Shown here in pieces: positions 54,836 through 64,000 of a stretch of 64,000 nt of DNA. The position numbers and the translations under genes were made by a program. Source of the stretch: Nitrospinaceae bacterium (GTDB lineage Bacteria > Nitrospinota > Nitrospinia > Nitrospinales > Nitrospinaceae); the NCBI GenBank assembly GCA_965223665.1, contig OZ245011.1:4128001-4192000 (forward strand), written 5' to 3'. The stretch's first letter is position 1. Each line of letters opens with the position of its first letter. The notes under the pieces are model-generated. The model was not told where the DNA came from. It saw only the letters and a list, made by a program, of their open reading frames with translations, and searched no databases.

Positions 54836-56354
54836 GAAAAATAACCTTTAATTGATGAACTATAAATAAGCGATAACGTTTTATTATAAAAAGACTACTG
54901 AGTAATACAATGAGAGTTGCCACCAATATTAGGATGAGTTTAGAAAAAGAATGAATAGGAACCAAGTTCTCAATCCAAATAAAGGGAATTAGTGTTATGT
55001 AGCCGGCTAAAAGAACTTGAAAAATTTCTTTGTAGAAAGATAAACTCAAAAACTGAATTCCGTGGCGCTTCTTTAGTAGAAAATTTTGAATGGCTAGAAT
55101 GAACCAATAAGTGATTACTAAAGCGGCTATGATACCCATTAAACCTTTCCATTGCGAGAAAAATATAACTAATGGAAGGAATACTATAATACTGATCAAA
55201 CTACACTGAAGGGGAAGATGCGTATCCTTTTTGGCATTTGCAACTGCTACTTGAAGTGTTAGAAGACCTTGTGCAGGCAAAGCCAATATTCCGACCTTTA
55301 CCAGGTTTACTAAATCTTTTATCCCTTCATTTTGCATGACTCCCCATTCAAATGCCAAACGGGTAAGGGAATTTCCAAATCCATAAAATATTAAAATAAC
55401 CCCATATGAAAAAATAAAAATAAGTAATGTTCCATTTGAAATTAACTTTAAGCTATCCTCTAATCTGTTTTCAGCAAAGTTTTCTGCTAACTTTGGGAAA
55501 AGAATGGAAGAGAAAACTCCAATACATATTCCCATGGGCAGTTCAACAAATTTTATGGCGTAGTTAAGGAAAGCATAACCACCTGGTCCCTCCAGGGAAC
55601 CAAAAGCTCGAGCAAGAATGGGAAATAATAAAACTAAACCACCAGCTCCAAATGCTTGAAAGTATCTTTTTATTAGAGGTTTGGGAATCCCGAATTGGTT
55701 TAGTGAATTCCATTTCCAACCGAACTTAATCATTCCCAAAAATTGAGAAAACCAGCGTAGAAAACCACCTATGAGGACCGCAATTCCTAGAAAATAAAGG
55801 GTTGAGCTTTCTTTAACGAAAAAAAATAAGGCTAATATTAGGCAAGTATTAAAAATTAAGGTACCCATTGCCGGAATGGCGAAATGGTCTTTGGATTGAA
55901 GATAACTCGTTGTGATAGCAGAAAGCACGGTCAAAGGAATTAACCATAGCACCCATTTAAGTAATTGATTGGCTTCCTGGTAAGCGTTATCGTTAAATCC
56001 TGGTGCAAGAAGGTTAATTAAAATGTTTGAGTTTAAGGTTAGGAATAAGCTTATAAAGAAAAAAATAATTCCAGAATAAAGGCTAAATTTTATAAAGAGT
56101 TGATCCGAAAGCTCAATTGAAGAACTTTTAAACTCAGGAATTAGAGCTGCAGATAAAGCTCCTCCAATTAATATACCGGTTAAAAAATCTGGTAAAACAA
56201 GAGAGAATAATATTGCATCGGCCTCCTCACTAACACCAAACTTTGAAGCTACGGATATTTCTCTTAAAAATCCTGCTAGTCGTCCAAGAAAAATCCCTCC
56301 CGATACCCATATTCCTGCGGATAAAAGTTTTTTGATCGAAATATTTGTTTTCAT
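54828..56354 (-). CDS. MurJ/MviN-like MOP flippase of the glycan locus
   Basis: GRLAGFLRE..VA..FG, GGALSAALIP, LNYA..FVELP; many TM segments. Confidence 0.85.
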   Translation of the reverse strand: MKTNISIKKLLSAGIWVSGGIFLGRLAGFLREISVASKFGVSEEADAILFSLVLPDFLTGILIGGALSAALIPEFKSSSIELSDQLFIKFSLYSGIIFFFISLFLTLNSNILINLLAPGFNDNAYQEANQLLKWVLWLIPLTVLSAITTSYLQSKDHFAIPAMGTLIFNTCLILALFFFVKESSTLYFLGIAVLIGGFLRWFSQFLGMIKFGWKWNSLNQFGIPKPLIKRYFQAFGAGGLVLLFPILARAFGSLEGPGGYAFLNYAIKFVELPMGICIGVFSSILFPKLAENFAENRLEDSLKLISNGTLLIFIFSYGVILIFYGFGNSLTRLAFEWGVMQNEGIKDLVNLVKVGILALPAQGLLTLQVAVANAKKDTHLPLQCSLISIIVFLPLVIFFSQWKGLMGIIAALVITYWFILAIQNFLLKKRHGIQFLSLSFYKEIFQVLLAGYITLIPFIWIENLVPIHSFSKLILILVATLIVLLSSLFIIKRYRLFIVHQLKVIFRA

Positions 56355-56735
56355 TAAATTAATCCAAAAATATAGGCATGGAAATGAATATCAAAAGGTG
56401 AAATATGAACAATTCAAGCGAGCAATTTTTTAATTTGAATTATTTAAAATATTTAAATTGGAAGCGATGGATTGCGATAAGTCTTGGAAAATTACATGGC
56501 GAAATAAATAATGCGAGTGTTGCAAGAAAAACCAATTCTATTAACTTATTTAGCCATTATTCGGATTAAATTTGTTTGATTAAACCCCTTATATAATTTA
56601 TATTAAACTCGTTTAGTGCAATTTTAGATCATGTAATTTAGTTTAGCAAATTTGGTCTTATCCTATTTGAGTCTACCCTTTCTTTGCAGTTAAGTTAACT
56701 TTAAAATCGGATTTGTAAGCATTGGATTTAATTCG

Positions 56736-58604
56736 ATGACTTTTTTCAAAAACAATCCTAGGTTATTTGTATTACTTTTTTTAGATATTGTTTTAAGTCT
56801 ATTTTCGTTTTTTATCGCTTTTTATCTTCGATTTGATGGTCAAATTCCTCCCGACCAATTTGACACATTTGTTAAACTCATTCCCTTTCTTTTTGCTTGC
56901 CGGATTCCAGCATTTTTTTATTTTGGTCTTTATACCCGCGTTTGGGAATATTCCAGTTTAGGTGACTTAACACAAATTATAAAGGCGGTAATAACTGGGT
57001 CATTTATGGCTCTATTTGTTTTATTTATGTTTGACCGCGGGGCTCTAGTTTCTCGCTCGATTTTAGTTATTGATGCAATTTTATTGACAGTTTGTTTAGG
57101 TGGAGCTCGGTTGATTCTAAGGTTTTCCAAAGAAATGAATCAGAAAAAACTAGGGGAGAGTTCCAAAAATAAGATTCCAATAGTAATCATGGGTGCAGGA
57201 AGCACGGGGGTGTTGCTACTTCGTTATATTCGTGATTTCTCGAATCATTATAAGGTTGTTGGATTTTTAGATAATGATCCAAAAAAATTAGGCAGGCACA
57301 TTCAAGGATTAAAAATTTTAGGAAATTTGGAAGATATTCCTAATCTCAAAGAAAGTCTAGAATTCAGTGAAGTTTTTGTAGCTATCAATGGTCTCGATGC
57401 AGATGGTTTAAGTAAAATTGTAGAAGTTTGCGAAACCAATAACTTGAAATATAAAATTGTTTCATCCATTTTTGATTTATCAACAAAACAACCACATATT
57501 TCACAGATCCGCAATATTGAGATAACAGATTTGCTTGGGAGAGAACCTGTTTTTCTAGATTTATCCCTCATTAAAAAAATGATAATGGGAAAAAGAGTTT
57601 TAGTAACTGGAGCAGGGGGATCCATAGGATCTGAGCTTTGTCGTCAACTTTTAGAATACGAGCCTTCTTCGCTAATTGCTTTAGACCGATCGGAAAATTA
57701 TTTGCATGAGTTAAATATTGATCTAAGTGCCTTGAAGAGCAATGCGGAGACCGATTATTATTTTGGTTCAGTAACAGATTTGGAAAAAATGGAAGCAATT
57801 TTTTCAAAGCACCAACCGCAACTTGTTTTCCATGCCGCAGCACATAAACATGTTCCTTTAATGGAAAAAAATCCCCATGAAGCCATAATTAATAATGTTC
57901 TTGGTACCAAGCAAACCGCAGATTTATCAGATAAATTTAGAGCTGAAAAATTTATCTTGGTCTCCACGGATAAAGTAGTTAATCCTACAAGTGTTATGGG
58001 AATGACAAAGAAAATTGCTGAAACATATGTAAACTTTAAATCCCAACATTCTTCTACTCAATTTATATCTGTTCGATTTGGAAATGTTTTGGGGAGTAAT
58101 GGGAGTGTGGTTCCTATTTTTAAAAAGCAAATTGAGAGAGGGGGGCCTGTAACCGTAACTCATCCAGATATGGAAAGATATTTCATGTTAATTGCTGAAG
58201 CTGTTCAACTGATTCTGCAGGCGATTACTCTAGGAGAAGATGGTGAAACTTTTGTGCTAGAGATGGGCAAACCTGTGAAGCTGTTAAATCTAGCTGAGAA
58301 GATGATTCGCCTATTAGGTTACGTACCTAATGAAACTATGGAAATAAAGATCACTGGTATCCGTCCTGGAGAAAAACTATTTGAAGAATTGATTGACAAA
58401 GGGGAGAAGGCAATTCCAACTCAACATAAAAAAATCAAACGATTGAAATCTAGTTTTGCTCCTCGTAACGATTTTGAAGATAGATTAACTTCGTTTATAA
58501 AGCAGGTAGGAGAAGCACAACCCTCTGAACAAAAGCAAATAATTTCTAATTTTATTTCTGCGGAATATAAAGAAATACCTGCCTCAATAGAACCCACCAA
58601 TTAA
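56736..58604 (+). CDS. Membrane-bound UDP-GlcNAc 4,6-dehydratase (PglF/WbpM/CapD family)
   Basis: Four N-terminal TM, GAG, DLLGR, TGAGGSIGSEL, HAAAHKHVP, STDK, MGMTK, RFGNVLGSNGSV, GIRPGEKL. Confidence 0.95.
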   Translation: MTFFKNNPRLFVLLFLDIVLSLFSFFIAFYLRFDGQIPPDQFDTFVKLIPFLFACRIPAFFYFGLYTRVWEYSSLGDLTQIIKAVITGSFMALFVLFMFDRGALVSRSILVIDAILLTVCLGGARLILRFSKEMNQKKLGESSKNKIPIVIMGAGSTGVLLLRYIRDFSNHYKVVGFLDNDPKKLGRHIQGLKILGNLEDIPNLKESLEFSEVFVAINGLDADGLSKIVEVCETNNLKYKIVSSIFDLSTKQPHISQIRNIEITDLLGREPVFLDLSLIKKMIMGKRVLVTGAGGSIGSELCRQLLEYEPSSLIALDRSENYLHELNIDLSALKSNAETDYYFGSVTDLEKMEAIFSKHQPQLVFHAAAHKHVPLMEKNPHEAIINNVLGTKQTADLSDKFRAEKFILVSTDKVVNPTSVMGMTKKIAETYVNFKSQHSSTQFISVRFGNVLGSNGSVVPIFKKQIERGGPVTVTHPDMERYFMLIAEAVQLILQAITLGEDGETFVLEMGKPVKLLNLAEKMIRLLGYVPNETMEIKITGIRPGEKLFEELIDKGEKAIPTQHKKIKRLKSSFAPRNDFEDRLTSFIKQVGEAQPSEQKQIISNFISAEYKEIPASIEPTN

Positions 58605-58619
58605 TTTCTTCATATTTGA

Positions 58620-59531
58620 TCAAGCTGAAATATCCGGTTCCACAAATTGCCACTTAATTTCAGGAAACCGCTTTTTAATTAATGTTTCTAAATGATTAAC
58701 GGATTTGATTAGTTTTTCAGCATTTTGAATACCCCCAGGAGATACCTTCATGCTGATTAGCACCTCACTATCTCCCATTTGCAGAGCCAAAAATTTAAGG
58801 ACTTTGGCGTTGGGAATTTGTTCTTTTAAAATGATTTCAATTTCTGGAAGATAATTCTTACTGGGAGCCTCTCCAATAATGAAAGATTTGATTTCTACAG
58901 CCAATAATATTGCTAAGATAACCAGCAGAGAGCCTATCATTATAGATCCATAGGCATCCCACGCAGGGTTTCCGGTAGCCCAAGATAAGGATACACAGGC
59001 AGCAGCAATGAACAGTCCTATTAAAGCTCCCGCGTCTTCGGTAAAGATGACTAATAATCCTGAGGCTGTTGTTTTTTTAAACCAAACCCAAAGGCTTTCA
59101 AAACGGTTGATTGCTTGAACTTCTTTCAGGCAAGCGTAGAATGAATATCCTTCCATTAATATGCTTGCCCCTAAAATAATTAAAGCTAATTTAGGATTCT
59201 CTAAAGGTTCGGTTTCGGAGATTTTGTGTATACCCTCATATATAGCGAACAGACCGCCCAATGAGAACAATAGGATGGTTACAACAAACGACCAGAAATA
59301 AATTTCTCTTCCATAACCTAAAGGGTGGTTCTTGTCAGGAGGTTTTTTTGAAGCCTTATTTCCTAATAATAATAAAACTTGGTTTGTGCTATCTACAAAG
59401 CTATGAATAGATTCGGCAAGTAATGAAGAACTTCCTGAAAATAAGAATCCTAAAAATTTAGAAATCGCAATTCCTAGATTGGCGAATAGGGCAATCACAA
59501 TTACTTTGGTTGAACCTTCGCTAGCGCTCAT
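58620..59531 (-). CDS. Cation diffusion facilitator transporter
   Basis: LAESIHSFVD, HPLGYGRE.YFW, FTEDAGAL, six TM segments plus C-terminal domain. Confidence 0.9.
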   Translation of the reverse strand: MSASEGSTKVIVIALFANLGIAISKFLGFLFSGSSSLLAESIHSFVDSTNQVLLLLGNKASKKPPDKNHPLGYGREIYFWSFVVTILLFSLGGLFAIYEGIHKISETEPLENPKLALIILGASILMEGYSFYACLKEVQAINRFESLWVWFKKTTASGLLVIFTEDAGALIGLFIAAACVSLSWATGNPAWDAYGSIMIGSLLVILAILLAVEIKSFIIGEAPSKNYLPEIEIILKEQIPNAKVLKFLALQMGDSEVLISMKVSPGGIQNAEKLIKSVNHLETLIKKRFPEIKWQFVEPDISA

Positions 59532-59696
59532 TCTTCTCCTGATAAAAAAAAGAGTTTGGACTAATGATTAAATAAACCTCCCTGCATGTAATTGGGTTGC
59601 TTATTATATGTGTTTTTATATCCAAAGAAAAATATAAGTTTTTTGTGTTTTTGGGAAGAAAAATGATGTTGCCCTTTTAGAATAATTGTTAAATTA

Positions 59697-60737
59697 TTAT
59701 TTAAACAGTTTCAATTGAAGGTCCTGAGGGTTATTAAAGTTTTTTGAAGAAACTTTTAGGGCATTTTCAATTAAGCCGGCTTTTTTGCTCGCCATAGAGA
59801 ATACTGCTTTAATTTGTTCAGCAAATATGCCTTGTCCTTTCATTCTTGATTTAAAAGAAGAGTTATATAGTTTTCCCCCTCGAGTGTTAGTAATCCGATT
59901 AATAATTTTATTTTTTTTGTCAGGAAAAAAGATTTTTAACCAATTTTCAAAAAGTTTTTTGTTTTGATGAGGTAATCTTAACAAAATATACTTGGCAGTC
60001 TTTGCTCCTGCTCCAGCAGATTGCTTAACTATTTCTGGGATTTCAGTTTCTGTAAGCCCAGGAATAATGGGTGCAACCAAAACTCCGGTGGGAATATTAT
60101 TTTTGCTTAATTTTTCTATGGTTTTTAAACGAAGGATAGGGGTTGATGCTCTAGGTTCTAATTGACGGGATAGAGATGGGTTTAAAGTGGTAATGGAAAT
60201 ATAAACAGCTGCAGACTCATACTCGACCAATTCCTTAAGTAGGTCTAAATCTCGAGTGATTAAATCGTTCTTAGTAATTAGAATCACAGGATTCCTGAAT
60301 TTTAAAAAAACTTCTAGGCATTGACGAGAAATATTTAGCTTTCTTTCAATGGGTTGGTATGGATCTGTTATCCCGCTCATGGCGACTGGTTGGGGTTTCC
60401 AATATTGGGAGCTTAGTTCCTTTTCTAGTAATTTAGCCGAATGGTATTTAATAAAGATTTTTGTTTCAAAATCTAAACCCGAGGAAAGCTCTAAGTATTC
60501 ATGCGTTGGTCTTGCATAACAATAAATGCAACCCTGCTCGCAACCGCGATAAGGGTTAATACTAAAATCAAAACCTACATCTGGGCTATCATTTCTTGTA
60601 AGAATACTTTTGGATTGATCGGAAAAATATTCGGTTTTTGGGTTCGGACCTGATTCAGAAAAAGAATTTTCATCCTGGTAAACTGAAATCGGCTTGAATC
60701 TATTGAAAGGATTTAAAGATGTGCCACGCCCGTTCAT
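59697..60737 (-). CDS. Radical SAM protein, PA0069/Rv2578c (SplB-like) family
   Basis: SINPYRGCEQGCIYCYARPTH, TDPYQPIE, LEPRA, APIIPGL, tail QLKLF. Confidence 0.9.
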   Translation of the reverse strand: MNGRGTSLNPFNRFKPISVYQDENSFSESGPNPKTEYFSDQSKSILTRNDSPDVGFDFSINPYRGCEQGCIYCYARPTHEYLELSSGLDFETKIFIKYHSAKLLEKELSSQYWKPQPVAMSGITDPYQPIERKLNISRQCLEVFLKFRNPVILITKNDLITRDLDLLKELVEYESAAVYISITTLNPSLSRQLEPRASTPILRLKTIEKLSKNNIPTGVLVAPIIPGLTETEIPEIVKQSAGAGAKTAKYILLRLPHQNKKLFENWLKIFFPDKKNKIINRITNTRGGKLYNSSFKSRMKGQGIFAEQIKAVFSMASKKAGLIENALKVSSKNFNNPQDLQLKLFK

Positions 60738-60994
60738 AGAGACCCCGTAGATAAATAAACAATTTTCGCTTTATTTTCGTTAAAAATTACGGGCTTGTAA
60801 AGAAAAAAATTGAAACTATTTTTGAGTGGGACTATGGAAAGAGATTTTTGGGTAGAGGGTTAGAAAACATTGAATTAAAAATTAAAACAATTCAGTTAAT
60901 TTTTATCAATGTAATAGTGACGAAAATAGGAAAAACAAGCCTTATTGCTTTAATTCTCTGGAAAAATATCCATTCATCATTGTCATTAAAACGG

Positions 60995-61417
60995 TTAGTT
61001 AACCAACCTTATAAAAACAATAGCTACTGTTGCTAACTGTAAACTGTTAATGGCAACACTCAATTTATGCCACAACTTGAAGGGCTTGGTTGCACTCTTT
61101 TGGCCTCCTAATTGTGCATCTCGATAACGGTTTATAATAGGCATAATTACCAGCCACCCTACCACAAAAAATATAAATACCACCCCCACAGCTATAGCCT
61201 CCGGTCGACTCCAAATCATTACTGCTGCCAAAAGAGTAAGCACCGCCATGGCCTGAGAATATACAGGAAAAACCTGACGGATGAATGGACCTGATTTTTC
61301 TGGTGGAAGTTTTGTGAAAACTAACGGAGTAAAAATAAAAGCAAAAAATACCATGCTGCCTAAAACCAACGCTAAAATAAATATGCTGGTTGTACTTAAA
61401 ATGCTATTGATATCCAT
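60995..61417 (-). CDS. Four-TM membrane protein, DUF4149-like
   Basis: P.VF..L, G.FIR.VFP.Y, P.IN..RD, F...H..SV..N pattern. Confidence 0.75.
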   Translation of the reverse strand: MDINSILSTTSIFILALVLGSMVFFAFIFTPLVFTKLPPEKSGPFIRQVFPVYSQAMAVLTLLAAVMIWSRPEAIAVGVVFIFFVVGWLVIMPIINRYRDAQLGGQKSATKPFKLWHKLSVAINSLQLATVAIVFIRLVN

Positions 61418-61429
61418 TTTTTTTTGTCC

Positions 61430-61912
61430 TTAGTTTTGGTTTTCGATTTCATATATGTTCCAACTTTTATATTTGTCATTATATGTATCCTTTTTCGTCT
61501 GATATTGAAAAACTTTAATGAAGCACTGGACCTGGATTTTTCCTGAGGAACTGTTTCCTGAGTTTGTCTGAACTCTATGAGGACGAATTTTAAGGAAAGG
61601 AGATTGGTAGTTTCCTAAAGGTAAATCTTTAATTTTAAGCTCAAAGTAAAAGGCTTTATTTTTTATTTGATTTGTTTTAAAGAAAATCTCTTTGTAAGGT
61701 TCAGAATTTTTAATTAATGTGAAACTCTCTTTATTAACAATAAGTGTTTCAGGGTTTTTGTTTCCGTCCGTTCGTAATTTCCAAAGTCCAAATGGATTTT
61801 TCGAACACCCTTTCGTTTCCCATTCCGGGTCCTGCCAACTTAAGGCAAAGGATTTGCCCGTAATTAACATAAACAAAATAAAAATTAGTATAAAAGTTAG
61901 TTTGGTTTTCAT
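61430..61912 (-). CDS. Hypothetical secreted protein
   Basis: Signal peptide ending SFA-L, two Cys; no family recognised. Confidence 0.6.
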   Translation of the reverse strand: MKTKLTFILIFILFMLITGKSFALSWQDPEWETKGCSKNPFGLWKLRTDGNKNPETLIVNKESFTLIKNSEPYKEIFFKTNQIKNKAFYFELKIKDLPLGNYQSPFLKIRPHRVQTNSGNSSSGKIQVQCFIKVFQYQTKKDTYNDKYKSWNIYEIENQN

Positions 61913-61978
61913 GGGGTATCTCTCATAATATTTTTTTTTCGATTTTTAAAATTAATTTGCGCTTTCCCTAATAATTTA

Positions 61979-62935
61979 TTATGAATTGGAGCACCACTGT
62001 TCCAAGGAAAAAATGGGTTTTTCTTGTTCGCAGATATCTTCTAATGCACATTTTAATTCTTTAAATTTATACTTAAAACCAGCCTTTGATATTTTTTCAT
62101 TTGAGACCCGTTGACTATTTAAAAGAATCTCTGACATTTCGCCAAAAATTATTTTTAAGGCGAAAGCTGGAACGGGAAGTTCAGCAGGTTGATTAATAAC
62201 CTGGCTCAGGGTCTTTGTGAATTCCAAATTGGTCACAGGAGAAGGACTAACGGCATTGTAGACTCCATTTAAATTGGTATTTTCAATACCATACGCAAAC
62301 ATTTCAGCCAGATCCTCAACATGAATCCAACTCATCCATTGATTTCCTTTTCCCAACCTTCCACCAAGAGCAAATCGAAAAGGTAGAAGTATTTGTTTCA
62401 TTGCACCACCACCGTGACCTAACACTACCCCAATTCTAAGAGAAACAGTCCTAATTTCTTTTTGTGCAATTTGAAGTATTTCTTTTTCCCAAGACTGACA
62501 AACTTGGCTGAGAAAACCCTCACTTGGAGGTGATGTTTCATCGATTAAATTTTCCCCGTTGTCACCGTAAAAGCCAATGGCGGATGCAGATACAATTACA
62601 TTAGGTTTAGTTTTTAATGCTTTAACATGTTTAATCAAATTATTGGTTGCTAACACCCTTGATCGTTCAATTTTATTCTTTTTTGATTTGGTCCATCTAC
62701 CACCTGCAATGTTTTCTCCTGCTAAATGAACAATAGCATCCATATTATGAAATGCTTGTTCGGGAATTAGATTTTTTTCGGGCTCCCATTTAAAAATATG
62801 GCAAGGAATATTAATTTTTTTGTTGGCACCAACTGGATCGCGAGTCAAAATTGAAATTTCGTGACCCCTTTTTTTTAGAGCTTGAATTACATGTTTTCCT
62901 ATAAATCCGGTTGCTCCAGTGATTAAAGTTTTCAT
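61979..62935 (-). CDS. NAD-dependent epimerase family protein (TIGR01777/YfcH-like)
   Basis: ITGATGFIG, HLAGENI..RW, SASAIGFYG, C..WE, LRIGVVL, QWMSWIH. Confidence 0.9.
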   Translation of the reverse strand: MKTLITGATGFIGKHVIQALKKRGHEISILTRDPVGANKKINIPCHIFKWEPEKNLIPEQAFHNMDAIVHLAGENIAGGRWTKSKKNKIERSRVLATNNLIKHVKALKTKPNVIVSASAIGFYGDNGENLIDETSPPSEGFLSQVCQSWEKEILQIAQKEIRTVSLRIGVVLGHGGGAMKQILLPFRFALGGRLGKGNQWMSWIHVEDLAEMFAYGIENTNLNGVYNAVSPSPVTNLEFTKTLSQVINQPAELPVPAFALKIIFGEMSEILLNSQRVSNEKISKAGFKYKFKELKCALEDICEQEKPIFSLEQWCSNS

Positions 62936-63022
62936 TGTTATTCTCCCTTAGGGGGAAATCAGAATAAATTCCAGGTTAATAAGTTATTCATAAATTCGTT
63001 TGTCTAATTTAAATATTATACA

Positions 63023-63055
63023 TTTATCTAAATATGTCAATTAAATTTAGATAAA
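63023..63055. promoter_or_regulatory. Perfect 11-bp inverted repeat enclosing a minus-strand TTGACA
   Basis: TTTATCTAAAT-N11-ATTTAGATAAA; minus strand reads TTGACA-16-TAATAT towards the 62935 gene. Confidence 0.45.
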
Positions 63056-63080
63056 ATTTTTATTTTTGTATAAATATGTG

Positions 63081-63133
63081 GTTTGATCTTAAGGGAAATC
63101 AAACGTAAAAGTTTGATTTATTTGGAATCAAAC
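63081..63133. repeat. Two tandem palindromes GTTTGAT-N10-ATCAAAC and GTTTGAT-N9-ATCAAAC
   Basis: Half-sites at 63081, 63098, 63111 and 63127 read directly. Confidence 0.6.
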
Positions 63134-63674
63134 AGCTTTCTCTTTCAGACGAATATTTTTGATTTTCAGGTATTAAGAAAGTTAAAGATTATTTTTATCC
63201 GACTTAAAAGCAAGATTTTCAATTAAAAAGAAAAGTGGGAAAAAAGTTGGGCTAGTTAATTTTTTTATTTTTACTCAAATAAGTATTTAATTTGATTTAG
63301 ATTGCAATTTTACCAAGATAAATGGATTAATTTTAAACCTCAGCCTCTTTAGAAAAAATAAAGATCAAAAAATGTACTGTTGGTTAAGGTAGTCTGTGTT
63401 TGTTTTTCCACTCAATAAAAAAAGCTTAATTTTAATTCGGGGAACTGGAGGAGATAATTTCTTGAACAAAAATTGCGCAATTCCAAAGATAATTTAATCT
63501 AACTTCAGACTTTTATTAAAAGACTAAATAACAAACGGTTTGAAATATATTTAGCAGCCAATTGAAAAGACTGCTAATTATTTTAATTAAAGTATTAGAA
63601 TTATTAAGGATTGCATTGAACCTCCAGAGCCAAGAATTTAAAATGGAATATATATAATAAATTGAGGTGAAAGC

Positions 63675-64000
63675 ATGTCGATTCAATTTTTGCATATGGA
63701 TACACAAGCAATTGAGACCACTGAATCATTTTTTTTCTCTAAATGGTTGAATGCGAGAATGAAATCCGGACATGAATCGAACTTTGATTATGACCCAATA
63801 CTAAATGAAAACCGTAATGAAGAATGGAAAGAATTTAATTGGAAAAAAATTAAAGAAAATGAAATGAATTATGATGAGGACGTAAATCAATACTTGATAT
63901 TGACTTTGGCGGAATTAGTAAATCCAAAATGTTTGGAATTTTGGAATCAATATTTAGTTAGCTTGAATCGTGATGTGAATGAAATTGCATTTAAAATTGA
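63675..64000 (+). CDS. Hypothetical protein, 3' end outside window (absent from ORF track)
   Basis: RBS GAGGTG at 63664, ATG 63675, frame open to the end: MSIQFLHMDTQAIETTESFFFSKWLNARMKSGHESNF...YDEDVNQYL. Confidence 0.7.
   Translation, partial: MSIQFLHMDTQAIETTESFFFSKWLNARMKSGHESNFDYDPILNENRNEEWKEFNWKKIKENEMNYDEDVNQYLILTLAELVNPKCLEFWNQYLVSLNRDVNEIAFKI

Noticed and set aside
54828-56354. Housekeeping peptidoglycan flippase murJ
   Set aside because: Divergent and embedded in a glycan cassette, so the substrate cannot be assigned and no symbol is given
1-64000. CRISPR arrays, tRNA/rRNA genes, IS elements, integrases
   Set aside because: No repeat-spacer periodicity, structural-RNA-like segment or recombinase motif was seen by eye; small RNAs cannot be excluded without a covariance-model search

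Overview
AT-rich bacterial genomic window; no rRNA, tRNA, CRISPR array or transposase was seen. In order: (1) a [NiFe]-hydrogenase maturation operon hypF(partial)-C-D-E-A-B and an lpxO-like hydroxylase; (2) a minus-strand four-gene module: exosortase, VIT/vWA protein with a PEP-CTERM-type tail, OmpR-family regulator and histidine kinase, preceded by an 11-bp-period direct repeat; (3) ATP-grasp and MMPL/RND genes; (4) three giant secreted paralogues (1927, 1920 and 1438 aa) built from a purple-acid-phosphatase (PAP)-like head, an Ig-like domain and alternating DNRLRE/CBM96-like and HYR-like repeats. Two of them form a ~6.16-kb tandem duplication of identical blocks alternating with strongly diverged ones. 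All three keep the terminal Fe(III) ligands of PAP but have a rebuilt divalent-metal site, which is the most novel-looking signal. A MASE1-PAS kinase/NarL-type regulator pair lies between them; (5) a ~20-kb surface-glycan locus for a legionaminic-type nonulosonic acid with formyl-, amidino-, methyl-, sulfo- and amido-tailoring enzymes; (6) CDF transporter, radical SAM, DUF4149-like and TIGR01777-like genes, a palindrome-rich intergenic region and a truncated ORF at the end. All family calls come from motif recognition by eye; no searches were run.
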